From Felis catus (lineage: Eukaryota), in contig NC_058368.1 in the NCBI RefSeq assembly GCF_018350175.1, forward strand, positions 208,632,001-208,696,000: a DNA stretch of 64,000 bases. The letters are read 5' to 3'. Below the pieces are notes generated by a model that worked only from the letters and a program-made list of their open reading frames with translations, did not search any database and was not told where the DNA came from. Made by a program: the position numbers and the translations under genes. Positions 25,221 to 37,740 of the stretch are shown one piece after another. How positions within the stretch are numbered: the first letter of the stretch is position 1; the number at the start of each line of letters is the position of its first letter.

Positions 25221-25428
25221 TGTTATGTCTTCCTGATCCACACAGCTCCCACAGAATCTAAGATACACATGCACATATGCACACACATAGACACGCACGC
25301 ACGCATGCACGCACACACGCACACATTCTCTTTCTTCTGTCCTCTAACCTCTAGCTCTGTGAAAAGTACAAATTCTTACCTTTAGGCAATATAGGATATT
25401 CTTTATCCTATAATCAGTGAAATATTTT

Positions 25429-25647
25429 TTTTAAATTTTTTTTTCAACGTTTATTTATTTTGGGGACAGAGAGAGACAGAGCATGAACAGGGGAGGGGCA
25501 GAGAGAGAGGGAGACACAGAATCGGAAACAGGCTCCAGGCTCTGAGCCATCAGCCCAGAGCCCGACGCGGGGCTCGAACTCATGGACCGCGAGATCGTGA
25601 CCTGGCTGAAATTGGACGCTTAACCGACTGCGCCACCCAGGCGCCCC
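25429..25647 (-). mobile_element. Young feline SINEC, perfect 18-bp TSD
   Basis: taatcagtgaaatatttt at 25411-25428 and 25648-25665. Confidence 0.97.
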
Positions 25648-26809
25648 TAATCAGTGAAATATTTTAAAAAATTCAAAGAGGTCTCAATATATAAAAAGCC
25701 AAACACTATGCCAAGTGCTCTAAAGATGGGCACAAAGTTCATTTTGAAAAATTGGACAACAGAGTTGGACAGAGCACTTGAGCCACAAAGACCTCTCCTT
25801 TCCTTTTATTCAAGTAGTTCCTGAAATCCTATCTTCTCTATAGAATCTTCCTTAAATAAGAAGGGGGGAGGATAATGTTGGAAGTCTTCAACAAGCCATT
25901 CCCTTAATGCAGATATCCAGATTGAGGCAGGGTGATGAGGGAGGGAATGGGTAAAAACAGAACTTGAAGTTCCCACAGAAAATGTAGGAGCATATTTGGT
26001 TATTTGTGACAACTGCATATCAACAAGGCTTAACACCCCGATGCATAATACCTACCCTAGCCTTGTGAATGGCATGCATTATCTTCCTCCTTGAAGGCAC
26101 CACTATTGAGTACTGGCTTTTCCTAAGGACCTGTCATATTTAGGACTCTGTTGTAAGCCAAGGAGGCAGAAAGGAGAATCAACCTACAAACAAGGACAGA
26201 GTATTCACACCCTGCCCCTCAATCCCCAAGGCAATATATATGAATATTACATCTATGAAAACAGACATCCATATACACCACACAAATATATCATGCCCCT
26301 GCTCTTGGCAGGCACCCAACTAGCCCCAGCTGCAGCCTTAAGCAAAATCTCTTAGCAGCCACTTGTGGTGGCCATGAAATATGATCAGACAGGAGTCATA
26401 TTCCTCATACCTGTTCAACTCTGAAACCAAAGTCCTGAAGAAACCAATGAATTTATCCCCAGCTTGCCTATTCAAAGAGTCAGCAGTTGCAAAGCAGCAG
26501 GATTTTCTATGTTGGCATAGATATATAAGCTGTTGTCAACCAAAGTTAAAGTGGGGACTTTCTGAGAATATGTATTTCATGGGAAGGCAATAAAGAAACT
26601 TGAATCACATGATGACCCAGCTTAGACTGGTGGAGATGTTCTGCAAAAGAAGACAAGTGGGAACATGCCAACCACCAAGACTCCTGAAACGATCAGGGAA
26701 GCATATAAAATTTATGCTTTCCGACATAATTACTCTCTGACATTGCGATTTTTCACAGATCTATAACTCCATCTGCTTATTTCTCTTCATTAAGGTACTG
26801 CAGTACTTC

Positions 26810-26959
26810 AATTCAATTCAACGCTTATGTATTTAGTCACTAATGTGTGCCCAAGGATGTGTTTGTTTGAGGGGTCAAGAGTGATAAGGGGAGGCCAGAG
26901 GACTCAGACGAAGTGCAGGGCATAGCTTGTGACTTCCAGAGTTTATAATCTGCTCATAG

Positions 26960-27007
<48 letters not shown>

Positions 27008-27300
27008 ATTAAATAATAGTACAAGGGAGAATGTGATGAAGTTTCAAAAAATCAGGTCATACAAATTCAGAAAAGAAAGAAAATCAGAATGGATTAGACA
27101 AATCTCCATGGAGATTGGAAACTTGAACTGGGACTTAGTGTTCATTTGTTCATTCATTCATTCATTCATTCACCGAATAGTCACACCCTATGTACCACTA
27201 TGTGCTGAGTAAAATAATATGATGGTAAGTAAAACAAGATACAGTACCCACTCCCAAGGATCTTACCGGCTAAAAGGTAACCAGACTTTCATCAAATTTC
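26810..27300 (-). mobile_element. L2 3' fragments around a (CA)n
   Basis: ttcaattcaacgcttatgtatttagtcactaatgtgtgcc; (ttca)n at ~27140-27172 is typical of an antisense L2 3' end. Confidence 0.6.
26961..27004. repeat. (CA)22 microsatellite
   Basis: Perfect dinucleotide run. Confidence 0.97.
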
Positions 27301-27409
27301 TTATAGTACAAATGGTGGCAGGTTCAGTGTCCTTGCTTTTAGCCTTCCTATGTTCCAGCCAGTCAGTCATCTATTTCCATTTCTCCTGGTACTTCCCTGA
27401 TGATCATTC

Positions 27410-27630
27410 TAAGGGCTATCATTCATTGAGGGCTTACCATGTTGTAGACACTACTAAAAACTACACTTTCATTATCTTATTGAATCTTCAAACCAACCCT
27501 AAAAAAATCAGTGTTATTTTCCTTGCTTTGAGTTTAGGGAATTAGACCCAAAGATGTTAAAATTTTACCCAAGGTCACACAGCCTGGGAGGATTGAGATC
27601 CAAGCCTCTTAGACTTCAAACCTTCCTGTT
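27410..27630 (-). mobile_element. MIR
   Basis: cattcattgagggcttaccatg...tgaatcttcaaaccaaccct...ttacccaaggtcacacagc. Confidence 0.8.
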
Positions 27631-29539
27631 TCTTGAGGATCCATATATAGCTTAAGGGTTTCAGAAGAAACATTATATTATCACTTCCATGAGAATTAAG
27701 AGAGAAATGTTGCAGATGGATATAAGGTTTTAAAAGCTTTCTTTTGTGACTATCAACTAGGTAATCCAGCCAAATGACAATTATTTTGTCACAAATTTGT
27801 TCACCAAAAATCAAAACAAGTGCCTTCTCTATTTAAGCCTTATATAATTTTTAAAATTTATACTCTGAAACATGAACCTCTTTCCTTTCTCCCTAAGAAA
27901 GCTGATCTAAAGAAAGATGTGACATTTGCTCCAAAATGCTTGTTCCCAGGTACCCTTTCTCTCCCTTTCCACAAAGTGCTTAATTTCAAGGGCCAACATC
28001 AACAGGATTTGGCAGGAGATTCTCCTGAGAACCTAAGAACCCTCCTACAGAATTGCCGCTCAACCCAATCCTCCCCAAGGTGACCCAGCAAAGGAGTGGA
28101 GACCCGCCACAGTGTGCTGACATTTTCCATGGCCTCTTTTTAGGAACAGCTGGGCCATAATAGAAGATTACTCAGGGATACCCATAGGTTTGACAGGAGC
28201 CCATATTTTAAACAGGGAGGATACTAAATCCATCCAATTCCTGGAATGTTACTACTCTCTCAGGAACCCTAGAGAAGTTTCTGATGCTGATCTATAAATC
28301 TCCCTGGACTAAAATACCCAAAATTAGTTTCTGTGCCATGGGAACATAAAAATGATATGGCTTTCTTCTTTGACATGTCAGTTAATAAAGAGTGGGAGGT
28401 GGGGTCCGGATGTTGCCTGACAGGTTTCTGAAGGGTTTACTCGTTAAAAATGGGAAGCACTTTAATTACCTGTTTGGTTTTTTGTTATATGTGTGTGTTA
28501 CAGGTTTAAAAAAAAAACAGGTCTTATGGACACTCAGGAAATTATATCATTAATTATGCCTGTCAGAACATTATGTGGCCTAAAGCAAATGGAAATTTCT
28601 TAGGGTTTCTTTCTTCTTATTTTTAACTTTTAAAATGTTTTTAAAATATTGTTTTCATAATATTTCCACAGACTCTACTGTAAGTACTTAATTAGTGAAG
28701 ACATTTTTTTGGTCATCGATAATCCAGCAAAATAACTGCAAAATCTGTATATTTGACTTTGGAACTTGTTAACTGATGACTTACTTAACAGAAAAGTTAC
28801 TTCCCCAAAGTATGTGCTACTTAACCCAATATTAATGTTACTTTGCATTCCTAACATACAGTAGCCATGGGAGAAAGGTATAGGTAAATGGTATAGGGAA
28901 AGAGGAGGTGGGTTGGCATCATGGAACCTGGAAGGCATTGCCACTAAATCTGAGAGACAGGACTGCCATTCTCCTGTGGCACATCATACCCTTGATGAAA
29001 AAACCCTCTGGCTTTTTGATACAGAAAGGACTGATGACTCAATACAATTCAGGTAGCTCTGAACTAATAGTCAAGCAGTAGGTAACCTTCCCTGGCCAAC
29101 GCAGAGAAGATTCTCGCTTTGGGCCATATACTGCCTAATTGTCCCAGACCTTTGCTCCCATTCAGCCCTATTGGGTTGGAAATTCTAGTGTATGGTCCCT
29201 GTGTCTCTGAAAGATAAAGTCTGCAACAGGCTTGGAAGAGGACCTTCACCCCATGTATTCAATCTGGAGCCAGTTTATGGGGGCCCTCAAGGAAGCAGCC
29301 GTGCAGATTGATAGAACTACTCAAAGGAAAGAAGGAATAATTAGAGCCCTGATGGCCTGGGGAGAAGAAAACTTTGGCCGACATACTCTAAAGCCAACAA
29401 GATCCTTCTAAATGCTCTGCAGGGCTCTCAACTCCTTCACAGCTCAGTGGTTAACATCCAATGATCATAAATATCCCCACCTGTGAGTCTGTGCATGCAT
29501 AAAGAGGGTGCCCTCCAACACTGTTATGGCTTCAAAGAA

Positions 29540-29990
29540 TGGATGAGACCCTCAAATACACTGCAAATAGGGGGAAATAAATTAATGCAAACTTCCTGGA
29601 AACCTACTTGGCATAATGTATAAAAATGTTCACACACTCTAAGTGAGCAATCTCCTTGCTAGAAATCTACTTTAGGAAATAATTAGAGATGGAACACAAA
29701 TTTATATTCAGGAATGTTTATCTCTGTATTATCATAATAAAAAATTGAAAACAAACTAAATATTAACAATAGAAGGCTGGTCAAATACATTCTGAAACAT
29801 CTGTACTGTGGAATTTGAAAGTCTGTTTAATGTTTTTGAAAAATACTTAATGGCATGGAAAAATATCTATGTTAATGATGACTGAGTTATTGGATTATGG
29901 TGATTTTTACTTTCTTCTATACAGTTGTGCTTTTCAAATTTTCTACAATTAGCAAGAATTATTTACATTCAGGAAAAAATACATTATAGA
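29540..29990 (+). mobile_element. Old L1M (MC/ME-like) fragment
   Basis: ttcctggaaacctacttggca...gcaatctccttgctagaaatctac...aaaaattgaaaacaaactaaatattaacaatagaagg. Confidence 0.7.
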
Positions 29991-31619
29991 ACAAAAAGAA
30001 GGAAAGAATGCTGTGCCCAACCTTCAATCAAACAATGATTCAAGTTCCATATTCTTCTCTAGGACCCATGGAGGACCTGTTTGTATTTGAATGGAAGGTC
30101 ATCACCCATTCACCCTGGATAGCCGACCTTAGGGCAATTTTCTAGCTCCTCTTGCATGCAGGCAGTCTCTTCCAGCGGAACTCAAGAAGGCATCCTATAT
30201 ACACTAGAGCCAGTAAACTGTAGATGAACCAAAGTTTGTACAGAGACTGGTACCTTGGCACCCAAGCTCAGGAGAGCTGGTTTTCTTCCTGAGTTCTTTA
30301 ATGGCTGCCTAGCAAAGGTCACACCAATACTGATGGTGCCCTTGGACTGAAAGGGCAGGACACTAGTCATTAAAACAGAGCCAACTGTCCCACAGCACTT
30401 GTCGCCAGTGTAATTGGTGTCTTGCTTTCCCATGCCCTTATTCCAGGAAAAAATTATTTGGTTGGGTTTGGGGTTTTTGTAAACTGCAGTGACCCTTCTA
30501 ACAAAGGTCCATATCCTCCTCCCCTTTAGTAAACTCAATATGTATTCATCAGGAGGCAATTTATCCCCTGCCACCCTCTGAATATATATTAGGGCTATGT
30601 CAATCACATCACAGGGGGGGTACACTGAAGAAGATAAAACTTCTGAAACATAAAAAAAAGTTCCATCTCTATCCAAATCCCAGGCAGACTTTGCCAAACA
30701 CTTTCCCCTGAAATTGTCAAGGCCACGTGTTTGAACAGGAAATTTAATCCACATGTTTCTGATTCATATGTACACTTAATGCATCAAAATATCATCTCTT
30801 TGAAGTCCAAATGGCCTTTTTATAGACTTCTTCCTTAGGAATGGAAAGTTGTGCTTGGCCAAGAACTAACAAATTTGAACCCTCCAAAGTCCAAGTTATT
30901 TTCAAAGTTCCCAACTCAGGAGATTGAACCAGGCTCTGAAATACACCCTCCATTCCCCTAGCCATCCCAATATGACTGAAAATCTTGAGACACTTCATTC
31001 CACCATGGCTTCTCAATCTTGATCATGTACTTTCATGGCGGCTTCCCATGAAAGACAGTTAAGAGCTATCTTCCAATGAATTACCGCAACAATGCCGCAG
31101 GAGGAAAGGCCAGCCCTCACCCCCTTCCAGGAACCTGAGATGGGAAATCAAGTGATTATCCAGGAGTGATAGCAGTTGGGGGCAGAGCCAACAATTCAGT
31201 CTTAAGTGCGGACCAGGGGTAGGATCCCAGGATTTCCCTGGGAACCCTGATGGTATAACATCACAGTTGGAATATTTGGATTCAGAGCTTCCATAATTCT
31301 ATTCCCAAATGTCCCATTGCAGATATTGGTCCAAACCTCATGCTGAACAGACAGGACTGTAAGCCCATGTAACCTCTTTAAATCTCTTATCTGAAGATGA
31401 TTTGAAACATAAATCGATGCTATCCAAACTGGAAGTGGGGAAGAACATTGGGATAGATGGAACAGAATTAGTCATTTCATGCATGCAATGTTTCCTTCAA
31501 GCTGAGCTTTCTGCACCAGCTGTAACTCAAGTCATCAATGGTCAGTGGGCCAGGGGAAGGTGGGGCTATCAGAGTTAGACAGAGAACATCCATTCTGCTT
31601 CTGAACTCCTCTCCAGACA

Positions 31620-32080
31620 GGAGGTCCCTTGACAGCAAGTCTCTGTCTAATTAATTCAGTCATTGTCACCACAGCACTTGGTGTATGATGGTCAATAAAC
31701 TTTAATTGAATAAATTGAGTGTGCATACATGAATTCTCACCTCAAGGTGTGCTTCTGGGACACCGGCCTAAAGCATATCAAGGGATTTTTCAGGATAGTA
31801 CAGAGGAAATAAATGTGTTTCCAACCAGAAGGAACAGCAAGTACAGAGGCTTGAAAGTGAAAAAGGAAAGGCTTGGAGGATGGTGGACTGTGACCTGGGC
31901 ATGGGCTGAGTTGGGGGATTAGTATAGGACAAAAACAGAGAGCAGAATCTAGTTGTGAAGGCCCCACATTCAGGAATTTGTACACTAGCCACAGGCAGTG
32001 GGAAGCCAAGGAGCTCTGCAAGCAGGAGACAGAGGTAAGGAGTGATAAGTTCAGATCTAAGTTTCAGAAAGATTTCTTTG
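31620..32080. mobile_element. L2 fragments
   Basis: cacagcacttggtgtatgatggtcaataaac...aaggaacagcaagtacagaggcttgaaagtg...cagtgggaagccaaggag...gagtgataagttcagat. Confidence 0.6.
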
Positions 32081-32085
32081 GTGTC

Positions 32086-32418
32086 TGTTATGGACTGAAT
32101 GTTCTGAATGTTTCCCACAACACACACCCAAATTCATATGTTGAAACCCTAACACCCATTGTGATGGTATCTGGAGTTGAGAGGTAATTAGGGTTATATG
32201 AGGTCACGAAGGTAGAGCTCCCATTGACGGGACACCAGAGACATAAAGAGACACCAGAGAGTGTTGTATCTCTCTCTCTGCCATTGGAATGCACAGTGTG
32301 AAGGCAGCCATCTGCAGGCCAGGAAGATGGCTCTCACAGGAACCAGACCATGGCCCCCTGATCTCAGACTTCCATTCTCCCCAGCCGAGGGAAAATAAAC
32401 TTCTGCTATTTAAACTCA
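32086..32418 (+). mobile_element. MLT1A-type MaLR LTR (3'-truncated)
   Basis: tgttatggactgaatg...ccaaattcatatgttgaaaccctaac...gaaggcagccatctgcaggccaggaag...ctgatctcagacttcca. Confidence 0.88.
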
Positions 32419-33850
32419 GGGAAGAAAGGAAGGAAGGGAGTAAGGGAGGGTAGAAGGGGAAAGAAAATTGAGTGTGCATATTTAAAATAAAATTTAATGG
32501 ACTCTTCTATTGTTCCTTTGAACATCCCTCTACCTCTCTTCACTCACTTGTACTTCCAAAATTTAACTGTAAAAAAAGTTATCAGCACCATCTCTCCAAT
32601 GTACCCACTATTAAGCATTATTTAGTAAAAATAAATCAAATCTGTGCCTTAAGCAATTTGCCTGCCCTCTATCATTAATCTTTTCAAGTGAGTGGATGAA
32701 TGGTCATTTGTAAATGGGCATAAAGCTCAGCGAACATGGACTGCAAATTCAGTTAAGCTCGCCTTCTGAAGATAATAACTCAAAATATTTATCAACACAA
32801 AGATAATGCACCTAAAAATATCCAGTCATGTCTACATTAGAGAGTAAAAAGAAACTGTGGCTTATTATTTCCATCCTTTTTTCAGCTTTCTCATGAACTT
32901 CAACAATCAAAACCCTAATGGTCTACACTTAAGTATAAAAAGCAACACTGATTTCAAATTGTGTGTAGAGAACTGCTCATCAAAGGTCTGTCAACCCTGA
33001 GGACTGACATGAAAGACATAAGGGTTCCTCATCTTTCAGCTTTCCTGGTATAATCCACACCTCTGAGTTTTTAGTAAGCCAAAAATTGGAATAAACTAAC
33101 CAAGCCACTATTTCTTCCTCAAATGGTAGACATTGCCATATCTACCGTATACCTTAGAGAACCCAGTTATGTGCTGCTTCTGTTATCCAGATGGGAGAAC
33201 TGAAACAGGTGGACCATTACATAATATGCCAACAAGCTGGATTTAGAATTTGAAGGTCAGCATCTCCTGTCTATGGCTTAAACCTCTGAGTAGTATCATA
33301 TCCCAAACGCTCTTTCTTCCTCTCAGTCTCATGGGACAGTAAGAAACCTTGGGGATGATCTGATTCTATGGCTTTTCAAAAAATGCTTAACAGCCAGTCC
33401 TATCATCAAAGTCTTATGCAAACAGCCAATATGGAAAGTCCATACTCTTAAAGGGATTCTGGTTGAAGACCATGCAGTGGGGTACTGGGAGCACCCTGTC
33501 TATTTGATCTTGAAAGGACTCAAAGGCCGACCGGTACTCTTCAAAGCACAGGTTGAAGACTTGTGACACCATTCATTCCTCAAAGCCCAGAAAGGTGAAA
33601 TGACTAACCTAGAGTCTCTAAGCTAACAACAGAACCCAGCCTAAACCCCAAGTGTCCTAACTTCCTGTTGAATGCTATGCCCACTATCTTACACTAAATC
33701 TCCTAGCAAGGGAAGATTGATCTTCTAAATCAGCAACCCCATGATTGCTACAACCTAAACACTGGGTTCAAAAATAGTTAATGTATGGAAGCGAGAATCT
33801 TCTTGGATTAAGATAAAATCATAAATAGGGGGTAGTGTAGTAGCTTAGAT

Positions 33851-34174
33851 CAGGAACTGGCACACATTTTTCTGTAAAGGGCCAGAGAGTAAATAGTTTA
33901 GGCTTTGCCATACAGTTTCTGTCGCACGGATTCAACTTTCACTGTAGTCACAAATAATACATAAATGAATTTGTGTGGCTGTATTCCAATAAAACTTTAC
34001 TTATGGACTCTAAAATATGCATTTCATATAATTTCATACGTCACAAAATACTTCTTTTGAGGCTTTCCCCCCAAAATTTAAAAACATAATAACTATTACC
34101 AGTTCACAGACTACAGAAAAAAAAACAGGCAGAAGGCCAAATCTGGCCCATGGTTTGAAGTTTGCCAACCTCAG
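33851..34174 (+). mobile_element. MER58-type hAT-Charlie DNA transposon
   Basis: tttttctgtaaagggccagagagtaaatagtttaggctttgc...gtggctgtattccaataaaactttacttat...agtttgccaacc. Confidence 0.88.
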
Positions 34175-35038
34175 TCTAAAAGAAAACTTTGTGCCACAAA
34201 ATGCTTAAGCAGGATTGAATAGGACACATAGGTTCTTTACATGCTTAGCACGTAATTCTTACAAGAGCTCAGACAATGCAGTCACTCCCTAAGCATTAGC
34301 ATCTGGGTTGCCTTTTATTCAAGTCCTGAAGGCCCAGCAGAATCCCCAGGCGGAAAAAGTAATGTCTCCTTGCCTTAGACTAGGAACCAGCAGGATCAAT
34401 GCCCTGTTAAGGAGCATGGTGGGAGCTGGTGAACTGACTGGCGGAGGGTCTGTGGCTCACCTGGAGGAAGAAAGGTGGAAGCCCAGACCCTGGAAGCAAG
34501 ATCCCACATATCTGATCCTAGGCCTAATTCAAGAAGATCACGTGAAGACATGTCTCATTTCACTCAAGATTAAGTGTGATCCTAGGCACCTGGAAGTCAC
34601 TTATTTGGCTCTTAAGTCAGAATCATTAATTCACCGATTGGCATGCTTATAACCATCATGGTATTCCCTAACATGGGCAAATAAGGGAGTGTTGACATGC
34701 AACAGTCTGTCTTCTGGGAACTGGATGAGTTTTTCCCATGGAAACAATTTTAAGAATAACTAGTAGTGTCACCATTACATTAAACAAGCATAACTCATGG
34801 AATTTAGCCATAAAATGACTTGTTCATTGGAGCTTAATTGCTGGATACCCTTGGGTGAAAATCTAAGTAGTCTCATGACTTTTCTGATAACCTTTAAGAA
34901 ATATGAATATTCCAACCCATTAGTTAAAATAGCCAATCGCATGCAAACTTCAGTCTTGCTCTGAAGTTACAACTTTTGTCCCCTCCTGTCACCCCTACCC
35001 CAAGTGAGGGCCTATTATACACAAGAAGCATAAGGTCA

Positions 35039-35279
35039 GGGGTGCCTGGGTGGCTCAGTCGGTTAAGTGTCAGACTACGGCTCAGCTCGTGATCTCACAG
35101 TTCTTGAGTTTGAGCCCCGCATCAGACTCTGTGCCGACAGCTCAGAGCCTGGAGCCGCCTTCAGATTCTGTGTCTCCCTCTCTCTCTGTCCAACCAACCC
35201 TGCCCCCACCCCCGCTGCCTCTATCAAAAATAAAGATTTAAAAATTTTTAATAAAAATTTTAACAAATTTTCTTTAAAA
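35039..35279 (+). mobile_element. SINEC
   Basis: ggggtgcctgggtggctcagtcggttaag head; TSD aagaagcataaggtcagg / aagaagtgtgaggtcagg. Confidence 0.95.
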
Positions 35280-36379
35280 AAGAAGTGTGAGGTCAGGAAA
35301 TGGGCTAAAGACAATTTCTTCCCTCCCCATGGCCCAGTACTTTATTCCTCCTCCCTCAGCTTGCTGAAGGCACTTACTGAATGCCTCTGAATGAGAAGTC
35401 CTGGACAGAAGAAAGGAACCAGGGTGGGTGCATTCTTACCTGACTGATATGATTGTGGTACTTCAGCACTGCCACTCGGGACCTGGCAAATGTCTAAAGG
35501 TGAATCTCTTGTGGGCACTTTTCTGGGTCCTCTGGGGACGCTCTGTAACTACGGATCTGCCACCAGCACAATGCATTTCTATTCCAACTGGTGGCTTATT
35601 CCTTCCTCAGCCCTAAAAAATCCAGCTGTACCTCCAGGTTCTGTCTTCTGAAGTCTGAGTGCCCTTCCTTGAGATCCATTCAGACAGGACTTAAGGAGAC
35701 CCTACACTGGCTCTCTCTTGTTGCAACCCCTGTCATCTGCTGCGGCAACTCTGAAAGTGCACATCAATCCCCTGCAACAGCACTCTCTCCTTCACCCCTC
35801 CACTCAGAGCAATGCCGGTTAATCTGTCACCTTTTGGACTTTCCAGTGATATCAGACACATTCACTGTATGTCGAAGCTCAAAGGGACACACGACTCCAA
35901 CCAGTGTCCTAGAAGCCACTTTCTCTTTAGTTGAAGAGACTGGGGAACAACTCCTTTAGGGAATCCTTTGGATTGGAACCCACTCTCCCCAAAAATGCTC
36001 TCCACAGACTCTCTTTCAAAAGGGCTCCTCTCCTCAACCCTTTTATACCCTCAATGTGGATGAAGGGTTCAAGGTTTTAAGTTCTCAGTTACTTGCTTTA
36101 TAAATCCTGGTCTTAAGAGTTCAGTTTGGGATGTTTGGGATGCCTGTTCCTGGGCATCAATAAAGCTTCCATTAGAACCTGTTGTAATCATTAATGTTTC
36201 AGTCATTTATGAGAACAGTTTCCTGAAGCACACCCTCAAGGTAATGTAAGGAAACCACAGTGTTAACAGCACATGCTGTAAAACCTGGCCACTAGTGACA
36301 GCACTGTCCCCATGTGAAAGTTTCCACGGCATCGATGCCCTGCTTCTCCCCACTCACGTCCCACTACAGTATCCCTGTG

Positions 36380-36780
36380 GCCAGTGGAACAGTCAGTCAC
36401 TGCCCTGAGCAAACTATAAGCTTCATTTCTCACAGTATTTGCTCCTGCTGTTCTCTCAATCTGTAATGCCCTCTCGTTTCCCATCTAAAAATCTTACTGA
36501 CATTTATCCCTCAAGGCTTCACTGAAATGCCACCACTGCCATAGAGCTTCCCCTCAAAGCCCCCATTTGAATTCTCTACTCCTCCTGTGTTCCCATAACA
36601 CTGTGTTTTTACCTTTTCATAGCCCCAGTGGTATTGTCTTTGGGAATTATTTTAGTCAACAGTTCTGTGGCTGCCACCCTCACAAGACGGTGAGTTCTGG
36701 AATGGCACAGACTTTGCCTTGCTCCTCTTTGTTTACTCCATGGCTCAGCAGCAGGGCCCAAGAGCACTGTTCTGCTCATC
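36380..36780 (+). mobile_element. L2 3' fragment
   Basis: tttgctcctgctgttctctcaatctgtaatgccctc...ccctcaaggcttcactgaaatgccacc...ctcctgtgttcccataacactgtg. Confidence 0.65.
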
Positions 36781-37499
36781 AAGGCAGAAAAGGGGAAGAG
36801 AGAGAAGAGGATGCCAGGCTCCCTCGAGAACAGCAGGACTTACAGCTCCAGGCACACAGTGGAGCCCTGAGGGTCTATCCTGAGTGGTCTTGCCAGGCAG
36901 CCATTCCTACGGCACAGGATATGCCTCCAGTGCCTTAGACAAATGGGGAAAGGATCCCTGCCCTACACCGGACCCTGCCTATGCTCTGGCCAGAACCCTC
37001 GGACCTGGCTTGCCAGTTCTGTGTGCTCCGCCTTCTCCGGGGTCTGGGAGCATTAGTGCTAACACAGTCAGCACTGCTTGTCACACATGCAGATCACTGA
37101 AGTGCCTAGACTTTTGCATCCTCTCTTGTGAGCCCTTAGCCAATGGCTGGCTCTCTTGTGAGCCCTTAGCCAAAAGCCAGCTCCCTTCCTTACTTCCAGG
37201 CAGGACAAAGCTAAGGTGCAATTTCGGCCGCGGAGCTCCCTGGGTATTGAGCTGAGTAACCCACCTGAGTGAAATGCCTAGTAAGTACCCGAGATAGGAT
37301 TCAAATCCAGGCATGCTTTACCACCACCACAGATGGCTTGTGATTTTAAGTATTACAACTACAATGTCAGGTTCTGTAGACAAAGCAGGTGATTTAGGAA
37401 AAATAAAAGGAAACCAGAATATTTCTGCATTAAACTATTACATGGAAAATGGGCAGATCAATCAATTTCCAAATTATTTGTATTGCACGGGTATTATTT

Positions 37500-37740
37500 T
37501 GCTAGTGAAACAAGTGAAAAATTCAGAGCTTTGAACCTGGAGAGAACTGGCTTTGAATCCCAAGTCAGCTATGGGACCCCGGATATATTATTTCATTTCT
37601 CCTGGCCTCAGGTTTTTCATATATAAGATGGATATAATAACACCTAACTAGCACTGTAACAGAAAGGATTGACTATATACAAAACCTCTACACAGTGACT
37701 AGCACATTGTCACCATTCAATAAATGGCCACTGTAGTAGT
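37500..37740 (+). mobile_element. MIR
   Basis: gagctttgaacctggagagaactggctttgaatccc...gcctcaggtttttcatatataagatgg...cacagtgactagcacatt. Confidence 0.75.
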
